Source of the DNA: Pirellulales bacterium
Lineage (GTDB): Bacteria > Planctomycetota > Planctomycetia > Pirellulales > PALSA-1355
NCBI GenBank assembly: GCA_041741015.1
Contig: JBGSKX010000136.1
Location: 5,525 to 69,524 of the forward strand
Length of the DNA stretch: 64,000 nucleotides
Direction: 5' to 3'
The notes beneath the pieces are model-generated. The model saw only the letters and a program-made list of their open reading frames with translations, searched no databases and was not told the DNA's origin. The position numbers and the translations under genes are program-made. The stretch's first letter is position 1; every line of letters starts with the position of its first letter. Positions 15,641-26,900 of this stretch are shown piece after piece.

Positions 15641-17065
15641 ATGAATGCAACTACTCAAATCGTAGCCCGCCAGCCGCGGCAAGGGAATGCAGCTGCGCGA
15701 TGGCTTGCGCTGGTGGGTTTATTATTGCCGCTGTTTCCCAGCAATCAGGCCGGGGCGACCGATTGGCCGGCGTTTCTCGGTCCCACGGCTGACAGCAAGT
15801 CGCCCGAAGTCGGGATTCAGACAAAGTGGCCACCGCAGGGCCCGCCTCAAGTTTGGAAGTTGGAACTCGGCACCGGGTACGGCGCGCCGACGGTCGCTGC
15901 CGGACGGCTCTATCAGTTCGATCGCACGGATGATGATGCACGGCTGCGTGCCGTCAATGCCCGAACCGGCGCGCCGCTCTGGGAGTTCAAGTATCCGACC
16001 GAGTTCGAGGATCTGTACGGGTACGACAACGGCCCACGTTGCTCGCCGATCCTCGACGAGGGACGCGTCTATCTCTTTGGCGCCGAAGGGATGCTGCACT
16101 GTCTTGAGGCGACCAGTGGCAAGCTGATCTGGAAGGTCGACACGGCCGCGGAGTTCGGTGTCATTCAGAATTTTTTCGGTGTCGGAAGTTCGCCGGTCGT
16201 CGAGGGTGATCTGCTTATTGTACAAGTCGGCGGCAGTCCGCCTGACAGCAAGAACGTTCCGCCCGGACGCTTGGACCTGGTTGAGCCCAACGATTCGTGC
16301 GTGGTTGCATTTGACAAGCGCACCGGAAAGGTCCGCTACAAGCTCGGCGATGACCTGGCGAGTTATGCAGTGCCGAAGCTCGCGACAATCGCCGGCCGCC
16401 GCTGGTGCTTCGTGTTCGCGCGTGCCGGGCTGCTGGCATTTGACCCGGCGAGCGGCAAGATCGACTTTCATTTTCCGTGGCGAGCCAAGATTCTCGAAAG
16501 CGTCAACGCGAGCACCCCGGTGGTGGTTGGCAACCGCGTGCTGATCTCGGAAACGTACGGTCCCGGCGGCGTGCTGTTGGATGTCGCGGCCGGCAAGGAT
16601 CCGACCGTGGTCTGGTCGGACGAAGAACGCCGTCGTGACAAGTCATTGCAAACGCACTGGAACACGCCCGTGGAGCACGAGGGCTACGTCTACGCCTCCA
16701 GTGGCCGGCATACCGAGAATGCCGAACTCCGCTGCGTGAAACTTGCCACCGGCGAAGTCAAGTGGAGCGAACCGAACCTGACCAGGGCTTCGCTGATGTA
16801 TGTCGACGGGCACTTTGTCTGCCAGTCAGAAGACGGCACGCTGCGGCTCATTAAAGCCAATCCTCAGAAGTACGAACTCGTGGCCGAGACAGTGCTCGAA
16901 GACCGCCCTCGGACCGAGCCGAATCCGTTTGGCTTCCAGGCCCCCAAGCTGCTGCGGTATCCGGCCTGGGCCGCGCCGATCCTCGCGGACGGCCTGATGT
17001 ATGTTCGAGGGGCGGACCGGCTGGTCTGTTTGGAGTTGATCCCCAGGGGCCGGGGCGCACAATGA
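15641..17065 (+). CDS. PQQ-like beta-propeller repeat protein (BamB-like fold), secreted
   Basis: Signal peptide, then DWPAFLGP....W.....G.G.P.VAAGRLY and repeated G.L.C.....G...W blades. Confidence 0.7.
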   Translation: MNATTQIVARQPRQGNAAARWLALVGLLLPLFPSNQAGATDWPAFLGPTADSKSPEVGIQTKWPPQGPPQVWKLELGTGYGAPTVAAGRLYQFDRTDDDARLRAVNARTGAPLWEFKYPTEFEDLYGYDNGPRCSPILDEGRVYLFGAEGMLHCLEATSGKLIWKVDTAAEFGVIQNFFGVGSSPVVEGDLLIVQVGGSPPDSKNVPPGRLDLVEPNDSCVVAFDKRTGKVRYKLGDDLASYAVPKLATIAGRRWCFVFARAGLLAFDPASGKIDFHFPWRAKILESVNASTPVVVGNRVLISETYGPGGVLLDVAAGKDPTVVWSDEERRRDKSLQTHWNTPVEHEGYVYASSGRHTENAELRCVKLATGEVKWSEPNLTRASLMYVDGHFVCQSEDGTLRLIKANPQKYELVAETVLEDRPRTEPNPFGFQAPKLLRYPAWAAPILADGLMYVRGADRLVCLELIPRGRGAQ

Positions 17066-17219
17066 ACAGGTGCGCCCTACCCTTTTGCTAGGCAGTGGAC
17101 CGATCAAGATCGGCCGTCACGCCGGGCGACGGGAAGCCCTGGGCTGGTCTTCGGAAAACGCTGCGTCGGGCGGCAGAAGCGTTTGCCGCTCGTTGTCCTC
17201 CGAAGGAGCATGTTCGAAC

Positions 17220-18614
17220 GTGGAAACGCAGCAGTATGATTTCGTGGTGATCGGCACCGGCCCCGGTGGTGAAGGTGCGGCGATGCGAGCCGCCAAGAAC
17301 GGCCTCCGCGTTGCGGCCGTCGAACGCTTCAAATCCGTCGGCGGCGGCTGCACGCACTGGGCCACTATTCCCAGCAAGGCCCTCAGGCAGGCGATCTATC
17401 ATGCCAACCTGTGTCACAACATTCGCATCGCCTCGAAGCTCGAGGCGACATCGCGATTCAGCTTTCCGGAGCTCCTGGCCACGGCTAACGCGGTGATTGC
17501 GAAGCAGGTCGACCTGCGCGAAGGCTTTTACGTCCGCAACGACGTCGACCTGATCCCCGGCGAGGCCCACTTTGTCGATCCGCACACGATCGAAGTTACG
17601 CATCCCGGCAGCATCGTCAAGCGAGTCTCGGCCAAGGCGTTCGTGATCGCCACAGGTTCGCGCCCCTATCGGCCGAAGGATGTCGACTTCACGCACCCGA
17701 ACATCTTCGACAGCGACACCCTGCTTTCGCTCAATCGCACGCCAGGCAGCATTGCGATCTATGGTGCCGGAGTGGTGGGCTGCGAGTACGCCTCGATGTG
17801 GCGCAACATGCAGGCGCGCGTGACCCTGATCAACACTCGCGATCGGTTGCTGTCGTTCTTGGACGACGAGATTGTCTCGGCATTGAGCTACCACCTCTCT
17901 GAGAACGGCGTGCGAATTCTGCAGAGCGAGGAATACGATCACGTCGAAGCCACGGACGAGGGCGTCATCATGCATCTCAAGAGCGGCAAGAAAGTTCGCT
18001 CCGAGATCCTGCTCTGGGCCAACGGCCGCAGTGGCAACACCGAACAGCTCAATCTCGAAGCGATCGACGTGAAGCCGAACCATCGTGGTCAGATCGAGGT
18101 CAACGAGCATTACCAGACTTCCCAGCCGCACATCTACGCGGTGGGCGACGTGGTCGGCTATCCTTCGCTGGCCAGCGCCTCTTACGATCAAGGGCGGTTC
18201 GCAGCCAGCCACTACTGCGGCGACGTGAACCACTACCTGGTCGAAAACATTCCCACGGGAATCTATACGAGTCCGGAGATCTCTTCGCTGGGAAAGACCG
18301 AACAGCAGCTGACAGAAGAGCGCGTGCCGTACGAAGTTGGCAAAGCACAGTTCAAGCATCTCGCGCGGGCGCAGATTACCGGCTCGACGGTCGGAATGTT
18401 GAAGCTGCTGTTCCACCGCGAGACGATGGCCCTGCTGGGCATACACTGCATTGGCCAGAACTCGGCCGAGATCGTGCACATCGGCCAGGCGATCATGGCC
18501 CAACCCGCACCGCACAACTCGATTGAGTATTTCACGAATACGACGTTCAACTATCCGACGATGGCGGAAGCGTATCGGGTGGCGGCACTGAACGGTCTGA
18601 ACCGTTTGTGTTGA
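17220..18614 (+). CDS. sthA: soluble pyridine nucleotide transhydrogenase SthA
   Basis: Near-colinear match to E. coli SthA ([56 protein letters not shown]). Start set at the in-frame GTG at 17220, which has a GAAGGAG SD about 12 nt upstream. The track ORF starts at 17070. Confidence 0.85.
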   Translation: METQQYDFVVIGTGPGGEGAAMRAAKNGLRVAAVERFKSVGGGCTHWATIPSKALRQAIYHANLCHNIRIASKLEATSRFSFPELLATANAVIAKQVDLREGFYVRNDVDLIPGEAHFVDPHTIEVTHPGSIVKRVSAKAFVIATGSRPYRPKDVDFTHPNIFDSDTLLSLNRTPGSIAIYGAGVVGCEYASMWRNMQARVTLINTRDRLLSFLDDEIVSALSYHLSENGVRILQSEEYDHVEATDEGVIMHLKSGKKVRSEILLWANGRSGNTEQLNLEAIDVKPNHRGQIEVNEHYQTSQPHIYAVGDVVGYPSLASASYDQGRFAASHYCGDVNHYLVENIPTGIYTSPEISSLGKTEQQLTEERVPYEVGKAQFKHLARAQITGSTVGMLKLLFHRETMALLGIHCIGQNSAEIVHIGQAIMAQPAPHNSIEYFTNTTFNYPTMAEAYRVAALNGLNRLC

Positions 18615-18642
18615 CGCTTGGCGGCTCGCCCGGCGCCGTCGG

Positions 18643-19452
18643 TTAGCAGGATGCCAGCAGCCGGTGAAAGGCGCACTTCGACTTCTGCAGCAGCTCGCAG
18701 TAGTCGCGATGCTCCACGGCTTCACCCATCAACTCAACATCGTAGTGCCCGCGATAACCGGCCCGATCCAGTCCGCGCACGATGTCGGTCCAGGGCAGGT
18801 TGCCCTCGCCCAGGCAGCAGCGATTCTGTTCGCGGTCGGGCGGAGCCAGACCATCTCCCAGGTGGACCACCGCAATGTGCGGCGCAAGGTCCGGCAAGCG
18901 CTCCAGAATGGCTGGATCGTGCCCCCAGTGATACGTGTCGAAGGCGAGCTTGATGCGCGGATGGCCAATTCCATCGACCAGCGCCAGAGCTTCGTCGAGG
19001 CCCGTCAGGATCGTCCACTCTCCCGCACAACCGGGGTGCATCGGCTCGACGGCCAGCACGACGTCGCGCTGTTCGCACTCAGGCAGGAGTTCACGGAGGG
19101 CCGTGGCGAACAACCGCCGGGCGTGGTTCTGCGTATGCCCGTTGCGGCCGCCGCTGTAGACGACCAGGCAATCGGCCTTGAGCGCACCGGCCAGACGAAT
19201 AGCCTCGCGCGCGTCATCGATGCTCTCGTCGTAGCTGTGGCCGTCGCTGCCAGTGAAACCACCGGCCCAGAGCAGGTTCGAAACTCTCAGGCCGGACTCG
19301 CGGAGCAGATCGATGCCGCGCAGTTCGCCGTAGTCCGCCAGTTTCTGCCGCCACACGCCGATCGCTTCGATGCCGGCCGCACGGTAGCGAGCGACATCCT
19401 GATCGAACGTCCAGCGATAGGTTGTAATCTCGTTGACCGAGAGGCCTGCCAT
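18643..19452 (-). CDS. sugar phosphate isomerase/epimerase (xylose isomerase-like TIM barrel)
   Basis: Length and motifs (LAVEPMHP, FDTYHW, HLGD) are typical of the AP_endonuc_2 / xylose-isomerase-like fold. Confidence 0.7.
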   Translation of the reverse strand: MAGLSVNEITTYRWTFDQDVARYRAAGIEAIGVWRQKLADYGELRGIDLLRESGLRVSNLLWAGGFTGSDGHSYDESIDDAREAIRLAGALKADCLVVYSGGRNGHTQNHARRLFATALRELLPECEQRDVVLAVEPMHPGCAGEWTILTGLDEALALVDGIGHPRIKLAFDTYHWGHDPAILERLPDLAPHIAVVHLGDGLAPPDREQNRCCLGEGNLPWTDIVRGLDRAGYRGHYDVELMGEAVEHRDYCELLQKSKCAFHRLLASC

Positions 19453-19676
19453 TGCCCACCCTTGACTCGACTGAGAACACCGGCCGCGCCAACTGGAGGC
19501 ACATCGTCGCGGCGGGCGGCTCGATAGTATGCGTCATCGCGCCCGGGGTGTAAAGCGAACTCTGCGCATGCCCGAACTCGTCGCGGGTGGAAGCGCTGAC
19601 CGGCCGAGGAATGCGCTATAAGGAGAAGTGATCGCGGGAGCTACCAGCCTGTTTTTTTAACCTGCCACGTTGCTCG

Positions 19677-20621
19677 CTAGGCCGCTTTCTTCACCGCCTC
19701 GGGATCGACTTTGGCAGGAGCGGGCGTTTTCGTGAGATTCCACGCGTCAAGCCACTGCTCGCCCGAGCGCTTCAGCTCGAATTCATTGCTGAGCAGACGC
19801 TTTTCCATGTCGCCCAGATGCCCGGCTCCATAGAAGATCGCAATCTTCTTTTTGCCGGCGGCAATTTGTTCAGACAACTTCTTCAGTGCGACCTTATTCC
19901 TCTCGGTAATAATGGTCGAGCCGTCTTTGCCTTCAAGCGCTTCCATCACGCCCTCGACGTTCTCAAATTGTTCGGCCATCACCCGCTTCATGGCGAACGA
20001 GCGATTCGGGCTAAACATGGCTGCTAGCACGTCAATGTCAGAAGTGCGGTTTTTCTGAGTGCTTTGCTGAGCAATTGCCTGGCCCCACATGCGAGCGAAC
20101 ATCCCCAGAAAGCTCTCGTTGCGCTCTTCCATCGACTTGGCGAAGTCCTCGGGCGACATATCGGCATGCAACAGGTTCTCCTTGGAGTAGTCCACCTGCT
20201 CGAGCTGGTGCTCAAGGCCCAGCATGCCCTTCAGGCCGTTCTGCAGCATGGCCACGGGATGGCCGCTGGACTTGCCGCCTTTGGGCACTCGCGTGCCGTC
20301 TGGGGCCACAAGTTCGTAGAGCACGACATCGTAGCTCTCGAAAGCCTTGTTGAGGGCCTCATAGTAGCTCTTTTCTCCCACGTGTACGGCTCCAATCAGG
20401 TCCACATGGAGTTCCGCCTTGGCGGGGTCGGCCGGAACGAACTCGACGATCGCCGTTTGCAGTGCTAGCGGATTCTCGTCGGCATCTCGTGAGATTCGGA
20501 TGTACTTGGGCCGGGCGTCGGGCTTGTCTGCCGCTGCTTGTTTGTCTTCCGCCTGGGCCGCCGAAAGGGCCGTCAGCGCAACCATCAGTGCCAGCAGAAA
20601 CAGCGGGTGGCGACGCTTCAT
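19677..20621 (-). CDS. TraB/GumN family-like secreted protein
   Basis: Signal peptide. DLIGAVHVGEKSYY and FYGAGHLGDME resemble the two conserved His motifs of TraB/GumN. GAAGGAGG SD 8 nt upstream. Confidence 0.5.
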   Translation of the reverse strand: MKRRHPLFLLALMVALTALSAAQAEDKQAAADKPDARPKYIRISRDADENPLALQTAIVEFVPADPAKAELHVDLIGAVHVGEKSYYEALNKAFESYDVVLYELVAPDGTRVPKGGKSSGHPVAMLQNGLKGMLGLEHQLEQVDYSKENLLHADMSPEDFAKSMEERNESFLGMFARMWGQAIAQQSTQKNRTSDIDVLAAMFSPNRSFAMKRVMAEQFENVEGVMEALEGKDGSTIITERNKVALKKLSEQIAAGKKKIAIFYGAGHLGDMEKRLLSNEFELKRSGEQWLDAWNLTKTPAPAKVDPEAVKKAA

Positions 20622-21099
20622 GGCTCGGCCTCCTTCTTGGGCGGGGATCGAATTGGTCTGCGGCGCAAACCAGTGAATCTAGGACCTATTCGGTTTCCAA
20701 CCGCAAGTATAGGCGCGGCGGATTTCCGCGACAAACTTCGCCCCGTCAGGCGACTCCGCTCGACCTGGCGACGCGATTTTGCTATCTCCTGGCCCGACAC
20801 CCCTGCTGCGCGGCCACATTTCACGTCTTTCAGTGTGCCGCTGCGGAGCTTTGGTAGCGAAGTCTGCCAGCAATGACTCGCCACCGGGGCGTCGACCTCG
20901 TCAGCATGTCTTCGCCAGTTTCCCTGGCTTATTGATTTCGTGGGCCCTACGACCGATTTTTTCGGTAGAGTTTGCCACTCTTACTCAATTGGCGCGACAG
21001 GCATGGCCGATAAATCCGTCACACCCAATGCGCGGGCTCTCGGTGTGTGAGGGCAGACCGCGCGGCAATTAACAGTGCGAGCCAAGGTGGATGCGAACT

Positions 21100-22497
21100 A
21101 TGTTCATTCGACGTACGGCAGTCTGGCTGTTGGCGCTTGGAGCGCTCGCTTCGTTGGCCGAAATCGCCAGTGCTCAGCCCGCTCACTCGGGCGTGCAGTA
21201 TCAAACGCCGACCCCCACCTACGAAAATGGCAGCGCGCCGTTCGCCGAATCGGCCCCGCGCGACCATGGCCTGAACCCGTTCAAGCCGGTGGGCTTCGAG
21301 CCGGAATTCGACTGGTTCGCCCCCTCGGAAACCAGCAGCTACGGTAAGGGTCCGAAACCGAATATCGGCTTCTTCTTCAGCTACGAGCGGCTCTACTGGT
21401 CGCCCGCCTCGCCGGAGAAGGCCTACATTGGCAGCGAGACCGGGCCCATCCCGTTCTTCCCGGGTGATGCCCTACTGGGTTCATTCTTCCCGAATGGACC
21501 GAGCGTAGACAACCGGTTCATCACTGCCCACGGCATGTGGGGCAACCGTTGGGAGCTCGGTTACACCGACGTCGACGACTACGGTTGGCTTGTCAGCGTG
21601 CTCGATCACGTCAGCCAGGGCACCTATCGTGTTGACGATCAGCCGGCTTTCATGCTCGGCGACCCGAACGGGATTACGGACGCGATTGTTAACTTCCCGC
21701 TGGTCATTGACCCGGACATCGAAGTGCCGGTCAACGTTGGGCCGATTCCGGCCACCGCCGATGAGCTGCTGATGAAGAACGTCTTGCAGCTAAACGGCGT
21801 GGAACTGTCGCGGTTCTACCGGGCCCGTCAGTTGCACAACGGAGCTTACTTCGAGGTCCTTTACGGTGTGCGCTGGTTCAATATCAACGACACGTTCTCT
21901 GCGAGCTTGTCCGGTAACGGTAGCAGCTCGGAAACGGTTTTCTTGCAAGGCGGCTTTGAAGTTCAACCTCCTGTTGGGCCCGCACGCGTCGTTGAACCCA
22001 CGACTGCCTCGTTCACTGGAAACATCTTTGACTCCACGACTTGGAGCATGCGAACCAACAACAACCTGATCGGTCCGCAAATCGGTTTCCGCCTGTTCCG
22101 CGAGCGTCAGCGGTGGATCACCTCGATGTCGGCTCGATTCCTGGCCGCCGCCAACTTCCAGAACCTGCAGCTGAAGACCGACATTGGATCGCTTACGGCG
22201 AGTAACCAAGGGGGTCAGAATGACAACCTCACCACCAACTTCCGCGGCATCGGATCGGACATCCAGGAATACACCACGACGTTCGCGCCGATGGGTGAAC
22301 TGCGAGTTAACGTAGCCTACAACGTCACTCGAGCCGTCAACATCACCGTCGGTTACACGGGCCTGGTCGTGGGGAACGTCTCGCGGGCCAGCAACAGCAT
22401 CGACTACGACGCCGTGAACCTGATCGGCATCAAGCGGAACAACGACCAGATCTTCTGGACCAACGGTCTGGACTTTGGCGTGGCGATCAACCGCTAA
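21100..22497 (+). CDS. putative outer-membrane beta-barrel protein (planctomycete BBP7-like)
   Basis: Signal peptide ending ASAQP. Alternating aromatic/Gly-rich strands through to the C-terminus. AAGGTGG SD at 21084-21090 favours the ATG at 21100 over 21091. Family call is tentative. Confidence 0.45.
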   Translation: MFIRRTAVWLLALGALASLAEIASAQPAHSGVQYQTPTPTYENGSAPFAESAPRDHGLNPFKPVGFEPEFDWFAPSETSSYGKGPKPNIGFFFSYERLYWSPASPEKAYIGSETGPIPFFPGDALLGSFFPNGPSVDNRFITAHGMWGNRWELGYTDVDDYGWLVSVLDHVSQGTYRVDDQPAFMLGDPNGITDAIVNFPLVIDPDIEVPVNVGPIPATADELLMKNVLQLNGVELSRFYRARQLHNGAYFEVLYGVRWFNINDTFSASLSGNGSSSETVFLQGGFEVQPPVGPARVVEPTTASFTGNIFDSTTWSMRTNNNLIGPQIGFRLFRERQRWITSMSARFLAAANFQNLQLKTDIGSLTASNQGGQNDNLTTNFRGIGSDIQEYTTTFAPMGELRVNVAYNVTRAVNITVGYTGLVVGNVSRASNSIDYDAVNLIGIKRNNDQIFWTNGLDFGVAINR

Positions 22498-22534
22498 ATA
22501 GCAATGCTTAGCGGATCGGACGAGGTACGAAACA

Positions 22535-22586
22535 CAGAAGTCCTGGCGATGGCTTTGATGCCGTCACCAGGACTTCTGCATTTTCA
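22535..22586. terminator. bidirectional-type terminator hairpin between convergent genes
   Basis: Perfect 12-bp stem cagaagtcctgg/ccaggacttctg (22535-22546 / 22567-22578). Followed by cattttc on + and tgtgtttcg on -. Confidence 0.7.
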
Positions 22587-22624
22587 CATCTGTTCGTCGG
22601 ACGCGACTACACCAGTGAGCGAAA

Positions 22625-22888
22625 CTAGTTCTGCTCGGCCAGTTCACGTAGCTCTTCCAACTCGCAAGACAAGCGATGACGCAGCGGACTCTCGGGACGG
22701 AGCTCGTCGAGCAGCGCCTCGGCCTTCGCAAATGCTTCGATCGACTTCTCGCCCGTGAACAACCGCGCCCAACTTCGGGACACTTCTTGCTCGGTTAACA
22801 CCTTGGACCTCGCGACTTGAGACCTTGATACCCGTGCTGCACTTGTGGCATTGTATTTCGAATTGCCCCTTTTGAACAGCTCTGTCAT
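22625..22888 (-). CDS. hypothetical small protein (87 aa)
   Basis: ORF with an ATG at 22888 (the track starts at a GTG at 22906). Helical, charged C-terminus. No family recognised. Confidence 0.4.
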   Translation of the reverse strand: MTELFKRGNSKYNATSAARVSRSQVARSKVLTEQEVSRSWARLFTGEKSIEAFAKAEALLDELRPESPLRHRLSCELEELRELAEQN

Positions 22889-22959
22889 GCTGGCTCGACC
22901 CTTCACAACCGCGCAGCTTCGCTAAGTTTCGTCGCGAAATTCGGAACAGGCACGTCGTA

Positions 22960-23937
22960 ATGATTACGCTGGTTACGGGCGCCACCGGCCTGGTCGGGAA
23001 CAACGTTGTGCGGCGTTTGGTTGCCCAGGGGCGCTTAGTGCGCGTTCTCGCAAGGGCCACCGCCGATTCACGCCCGCTGGCAGACTTGCCCCAAGTGGAG
23101 CGGTTTGAGGGGGATGTACGCGACGCAGTCGCGGTTCGCCGAGCCCTCGCCGGGGCATCCGCCGTCGTGCATGCCGCCGCCTCGGTTCACATTGGCTGGT
23201 CGGGTCTGGCCGAGGCGCAGGCCATTAATGTCGAAGGTACCCGAAATGTCGCCGAGGCAGCCCACGCAGTGGGCGCCCGCCTGGTCCATGTCTCGACCAT
23301 CGATGCTTTGGCCGTCTGGCGGGGTGGCGCCCCCGTGAATGAAGAAACGCCCATCGATGAAGGGATCCGCATTCCGTACGTCGTTACCAAGCGTGCCGCC
23401 GAGCAGGTGGTTCGCCGACTGGTCTCCCAGGGACTCTGGGCGGCAATCGTCAATCCTGGCTTCATGATTGGTCCGTACGACTGGAAGCCTTCGTCGGGAC
23501 AGATGCTGCTCTCGGTGGCTCGCGGTTGGGGCTTGTGGGTTCCGACCGGCGGGAACTGCTTCTGCGACGTCCGCGACGTGGCCGACGGCATCGTGTCCGC
23601 CCTTGAACGAGCACGGCCTGGCGAGCGCTATATCCTGGGCGGTCACATGCTCAGCTATCGTCAGGCCTGGCGGACCTTCGCTGAAGTCAGCGGTGGAACG
23701 CCGCCTGTATTTCCCATCGGTCCGCTGATTCGCTATGGCGCGGGTTACGTTGGCGACATTGTCGGCAAGCTCACCGGCCGCGAGCCGATCGTCAACAGCG
23801 CCGCCACGGCCATCGCCAGCCGCAAGCGCAACTTTTCCAGCGCGAAAGCCGAGTCAGAGCTGGGCTACAAAGTGCGCCCGCTGCGCGAGTCCGCCGCGGA
23901 CGCCTGGCAGTGGTTCCGCGAGAACGGTTACGTTTGA
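22960..23937 (+). CDS. extended SDR, NAD-dependent epimerase/dehydratase/reductase family
   Basis: GATGLVGNNVV Rossmann motif and a YVVTK catalytic Y-x3-K. Resembles dihydroflavonol reductase / HpnA-like enzymes. Confidence 0.8.
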   Translation: MITLVTGATGLVGNNVVRRLVAQGRLVRVLARATADSRPLADLPQVERFEGDVRDAVAVRRALAGASAVVHAAASVHIGWSGLAEAQAINVEGTRNVAEAAHAVGARLVHVSTIDALAVWRGGAPVNEETPIDEGIRIPYVVTKRAAEQVVRRLVSQGLWAAIVNPGFMIGPYDWKPSSGQMLLSVARGWGLWVPTGGNCFCDVRDVADGIVSALERARPGERYILGGHMLSYRQAWRTFAEVSGGTPPVFPIGPLIRYGAGYVGDIVGKLTGREPIVNSAATAIASRKRNFSSAKAESELGYKVRPLRESAADAWQWFRENGYV

Positions 23938-23962
23938 AGTACGCCCGGCGCACCCTCGCGAG

Positions 23963-26900
23963 CTAGCGGGCTTCAGCGGGTGTCGAGGCCGCCGGCGAAT
24001 GGATGCCGTTGACGCTGACAATCCCCCGCAGGTATCGCGGGTCGATCTTGCGAAGTTCCTCGGCGACCGCGTTGACGGTGTCGCGAATCTGCCGCTCGCT
24101 ATGTTCCGAAGTGATAAAGAACCGCAAGCGGGCAGCTTTCTCCTCGACCGCGGGATGCAAAATCGGCTGCACGTTGATGCCACGATCGAACAGCGCCTGC
24201 GACAAGCGTAAGGAATCGAGCGAGTTGCCCAGGATCACCGGGATGATTGGCGTCCCCTCGCTGAGCCCCGTGTCGAGCCCCTTTTGTTTCGCCAGCTTGA
24301 GGAACAGGGCCGCTCGTTCGCGCAGCCGGGTCGAGCGTTCGGGCTCGGCCTGCAAAAGTCGCAAAGCAGCCAATGCCGCCGCGCAATTTTGCGGTGTCAT
24401 GCCCGCCGCGAACAGGAAACCGGGCGCTGTGTACTTCAGGTACTCAACCAGTGCGTGGGCGCCGGCGATATAGCCGCCGCAACTACCGAAAGCTTTGCTG
24501 AGCGTTCCCATCCAAATATCGACGTCGCGCGCATTGATTCCAAAGTGCTCGGCGATGCCACGTCCACGTTCGCCGAGGATGCCGGCCGAATGGGCTTCAT
24601 CGACGTAGAGCAGCGCGTGGTGCCGGTTCTTGACTTCGATGAACCGCGGCAGGTCGGCGATGTCGCCGTCCATGCTGTACACGCTTTCGATCGCAATCAC
24701 GACGCGACGGTAGGTCGGTCGCAGTTCCTCCAGCAGCTTGTCGAGCTCACGCCAATCATTGTGTGGGAACGAGCGGCGACGAGCGCCAGACAGGATCGAG
24801 CCCTGAATGATGCTATTGTGCGCGAGCGCGTCGTGCAGAATGAGGTCGCCCGGCCCAAACAGATGACCCAGTACCGTTTCGTTCGTGGCGTGACCGCCCA
24901 CCATCGCCAGGGCCGCGTCCACGCCAATAAAGTCGGCGAGCGCCTGTTCGAGTTCGCGATGGATCGGCTTCTCTCCCGAAACCAGCCGGCTGGCCGAAAC
25001 GCTGGTGCCATAGCGATCGACGGCACGTTTTACGGCGGCCACGACGCGCGGATCGCCCGACGTGCCAATGTAGTTGTAGCTGGAAAAACTGACCATCTCG
25101 CGGCCGTCGATCAGCGTGGTGTCGTTGATCACGCGTTCGTGGACCGTGAAAAACGGATTGCGATATCCGGCCGCGTAGGTCATTTCCATTTGAGTTCGCA
25201 GGCGGCGGTACTCAGGAAACTGGTCGAAACGATAGGTCTCGGGCGAAATCTCCGAGACGGCTTCGCGCGGCATCCGCTCTTGCGGCTTCTTGCCAAGGTA
25301 GGTTTCGACCGCGGCGGCCACTTCGCGAACCGTTTCGATCTGCGGCAGGACTTCCTCCGGAAACCGCCCGCCGTAGGTTTCTTCGAGCGAGGCCACGATT
25401 TCCATTCGTTCCAGCGAGTCCAGGCCGAGCTCGGGAATCGAAGCGTCCAGTGTCAATCCGACGGCACGCTCTTTGGCGACGCGCCTCACGTGCTCCATCA
25501 CAATTTCGACAGTGCTCATGTCGGCTTGTGTCCCCTCGGCCACCTTCTCCGCAGGTGGCGTTTGTGACGCTGGTTTCTTTTCGGCCGCCGGGGCTGCGGC
25601 CGGATTCGTCTTGGGAGCGGTGGACTGCGGGGCTAAGGTATTCGCCCAAATCTGCCACTGATAGACGGATTCCAGATTGCCCTGCAGGAACTCCTGTCGA
25701 CAGGCATGTCGCTGGATCTTGCCGCTGGACGTCTTGGGAATCGAACCCGCTTTCATTAGCACGACGGCATCCAGGTTGAGCTCGTGCTCGCCGGCGACTG
25801 CCTTGCGAATCGCGTCGACGACTTCTTGCAGGGAATCGGCCTGGCCACGTTCGATCTCCTGCACGAGGATCAACCGTTCCACGCCCTCGATCTCGCAGGC
25901 AAACGCTGCACCATTGGCCGGCCGCACGCGCGGGTGAGCCCGCTCGGCAGTGGCTTCAATGTCCTGCGGATAGTGATTCAATCCGCGAATGATGATCAGG
26001 TCTTTCAGCCGGCCCGTGACAAATAGTTCACCGTCCTGGATAAAGCCCAGGTCGCCCGTGCGCAAGAACGGACCTTCGCCCGTGTCTTTGAGATACGCCC
26101 GGAACGTCCGCTCCGTTTCCTCGGCACGATTCCAATAGCCCTGGGCGACGCTGGGCCCCGCGACCCAAATCTCGCCGATCTGATCCGGAGGCACGCTGGT
26201 CATGTTCTCGGGATGGGCAATCACGATCCGTTGATCCAGCAGCTTGCCGCCGCTGCCCACCATTTCGCGAGCGCCTTCCTCATCGGCCAGGGCGTCCACA
26301 ACCTGGTTATTCTCAAGCGCCTCGGCGTCGAACGTACGCACGACGGGGAGCGCCGCCTTGAAACCGCCCGTTACGATCAGCGTCGCCTCGGCCATGCCGT
26401 AGCAGGGATAGAACGCCGTGCGGCGGAAACCGCAGGGCTCGAACATCTTGGTAAATGCATCGAGCGTCTCGGCCCGAACCGGTTCGGCACCATTGAACGC
26501 GAGGTTCCAACTGCTCAGGTCGAGTTGCGCTCGCTGTTCGGGCGTGATCTTCCGCACGCACAAGTCATAAGCGAAGTTTGGTCCGCCGCTGATCGTGGCC
26601 CGGTAACGCGAAATTGCTTTCAGCCAGCGGAACGGTCGCTGCAAAAAGGCCATCGGGCTCATCAGCACGCTGGGCCGGCCGATGAACAGCGGCTGCAGAA
26701 TGCCCCCGATCAGGCCCATGTCGTGGTAGCTGGGCAGCCAGAACACGCCGCTGCCGCTGCGGGTGTGCTCGAAAGCGTAGGCGATCTGTGCCGAGTTGTG
26801 CATCAGGTTGGCGTGGGTCAGCATCACGCCCTTGGGCGTACCCGTCGAGCCGGACGTGTACTGCAGGAACGCCAGCGTGTCGCCATGCACGTCGGGCAGG

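Noticed and set aside
19453-19676. T7 run (cctgtttttttaacc, near 19660) as an intrinsic terminator.
   Set aside because: No stable stem precedes the T-run on the + strand. On the minus strand it is an A-run with no hairpin after the TraB-like stop.
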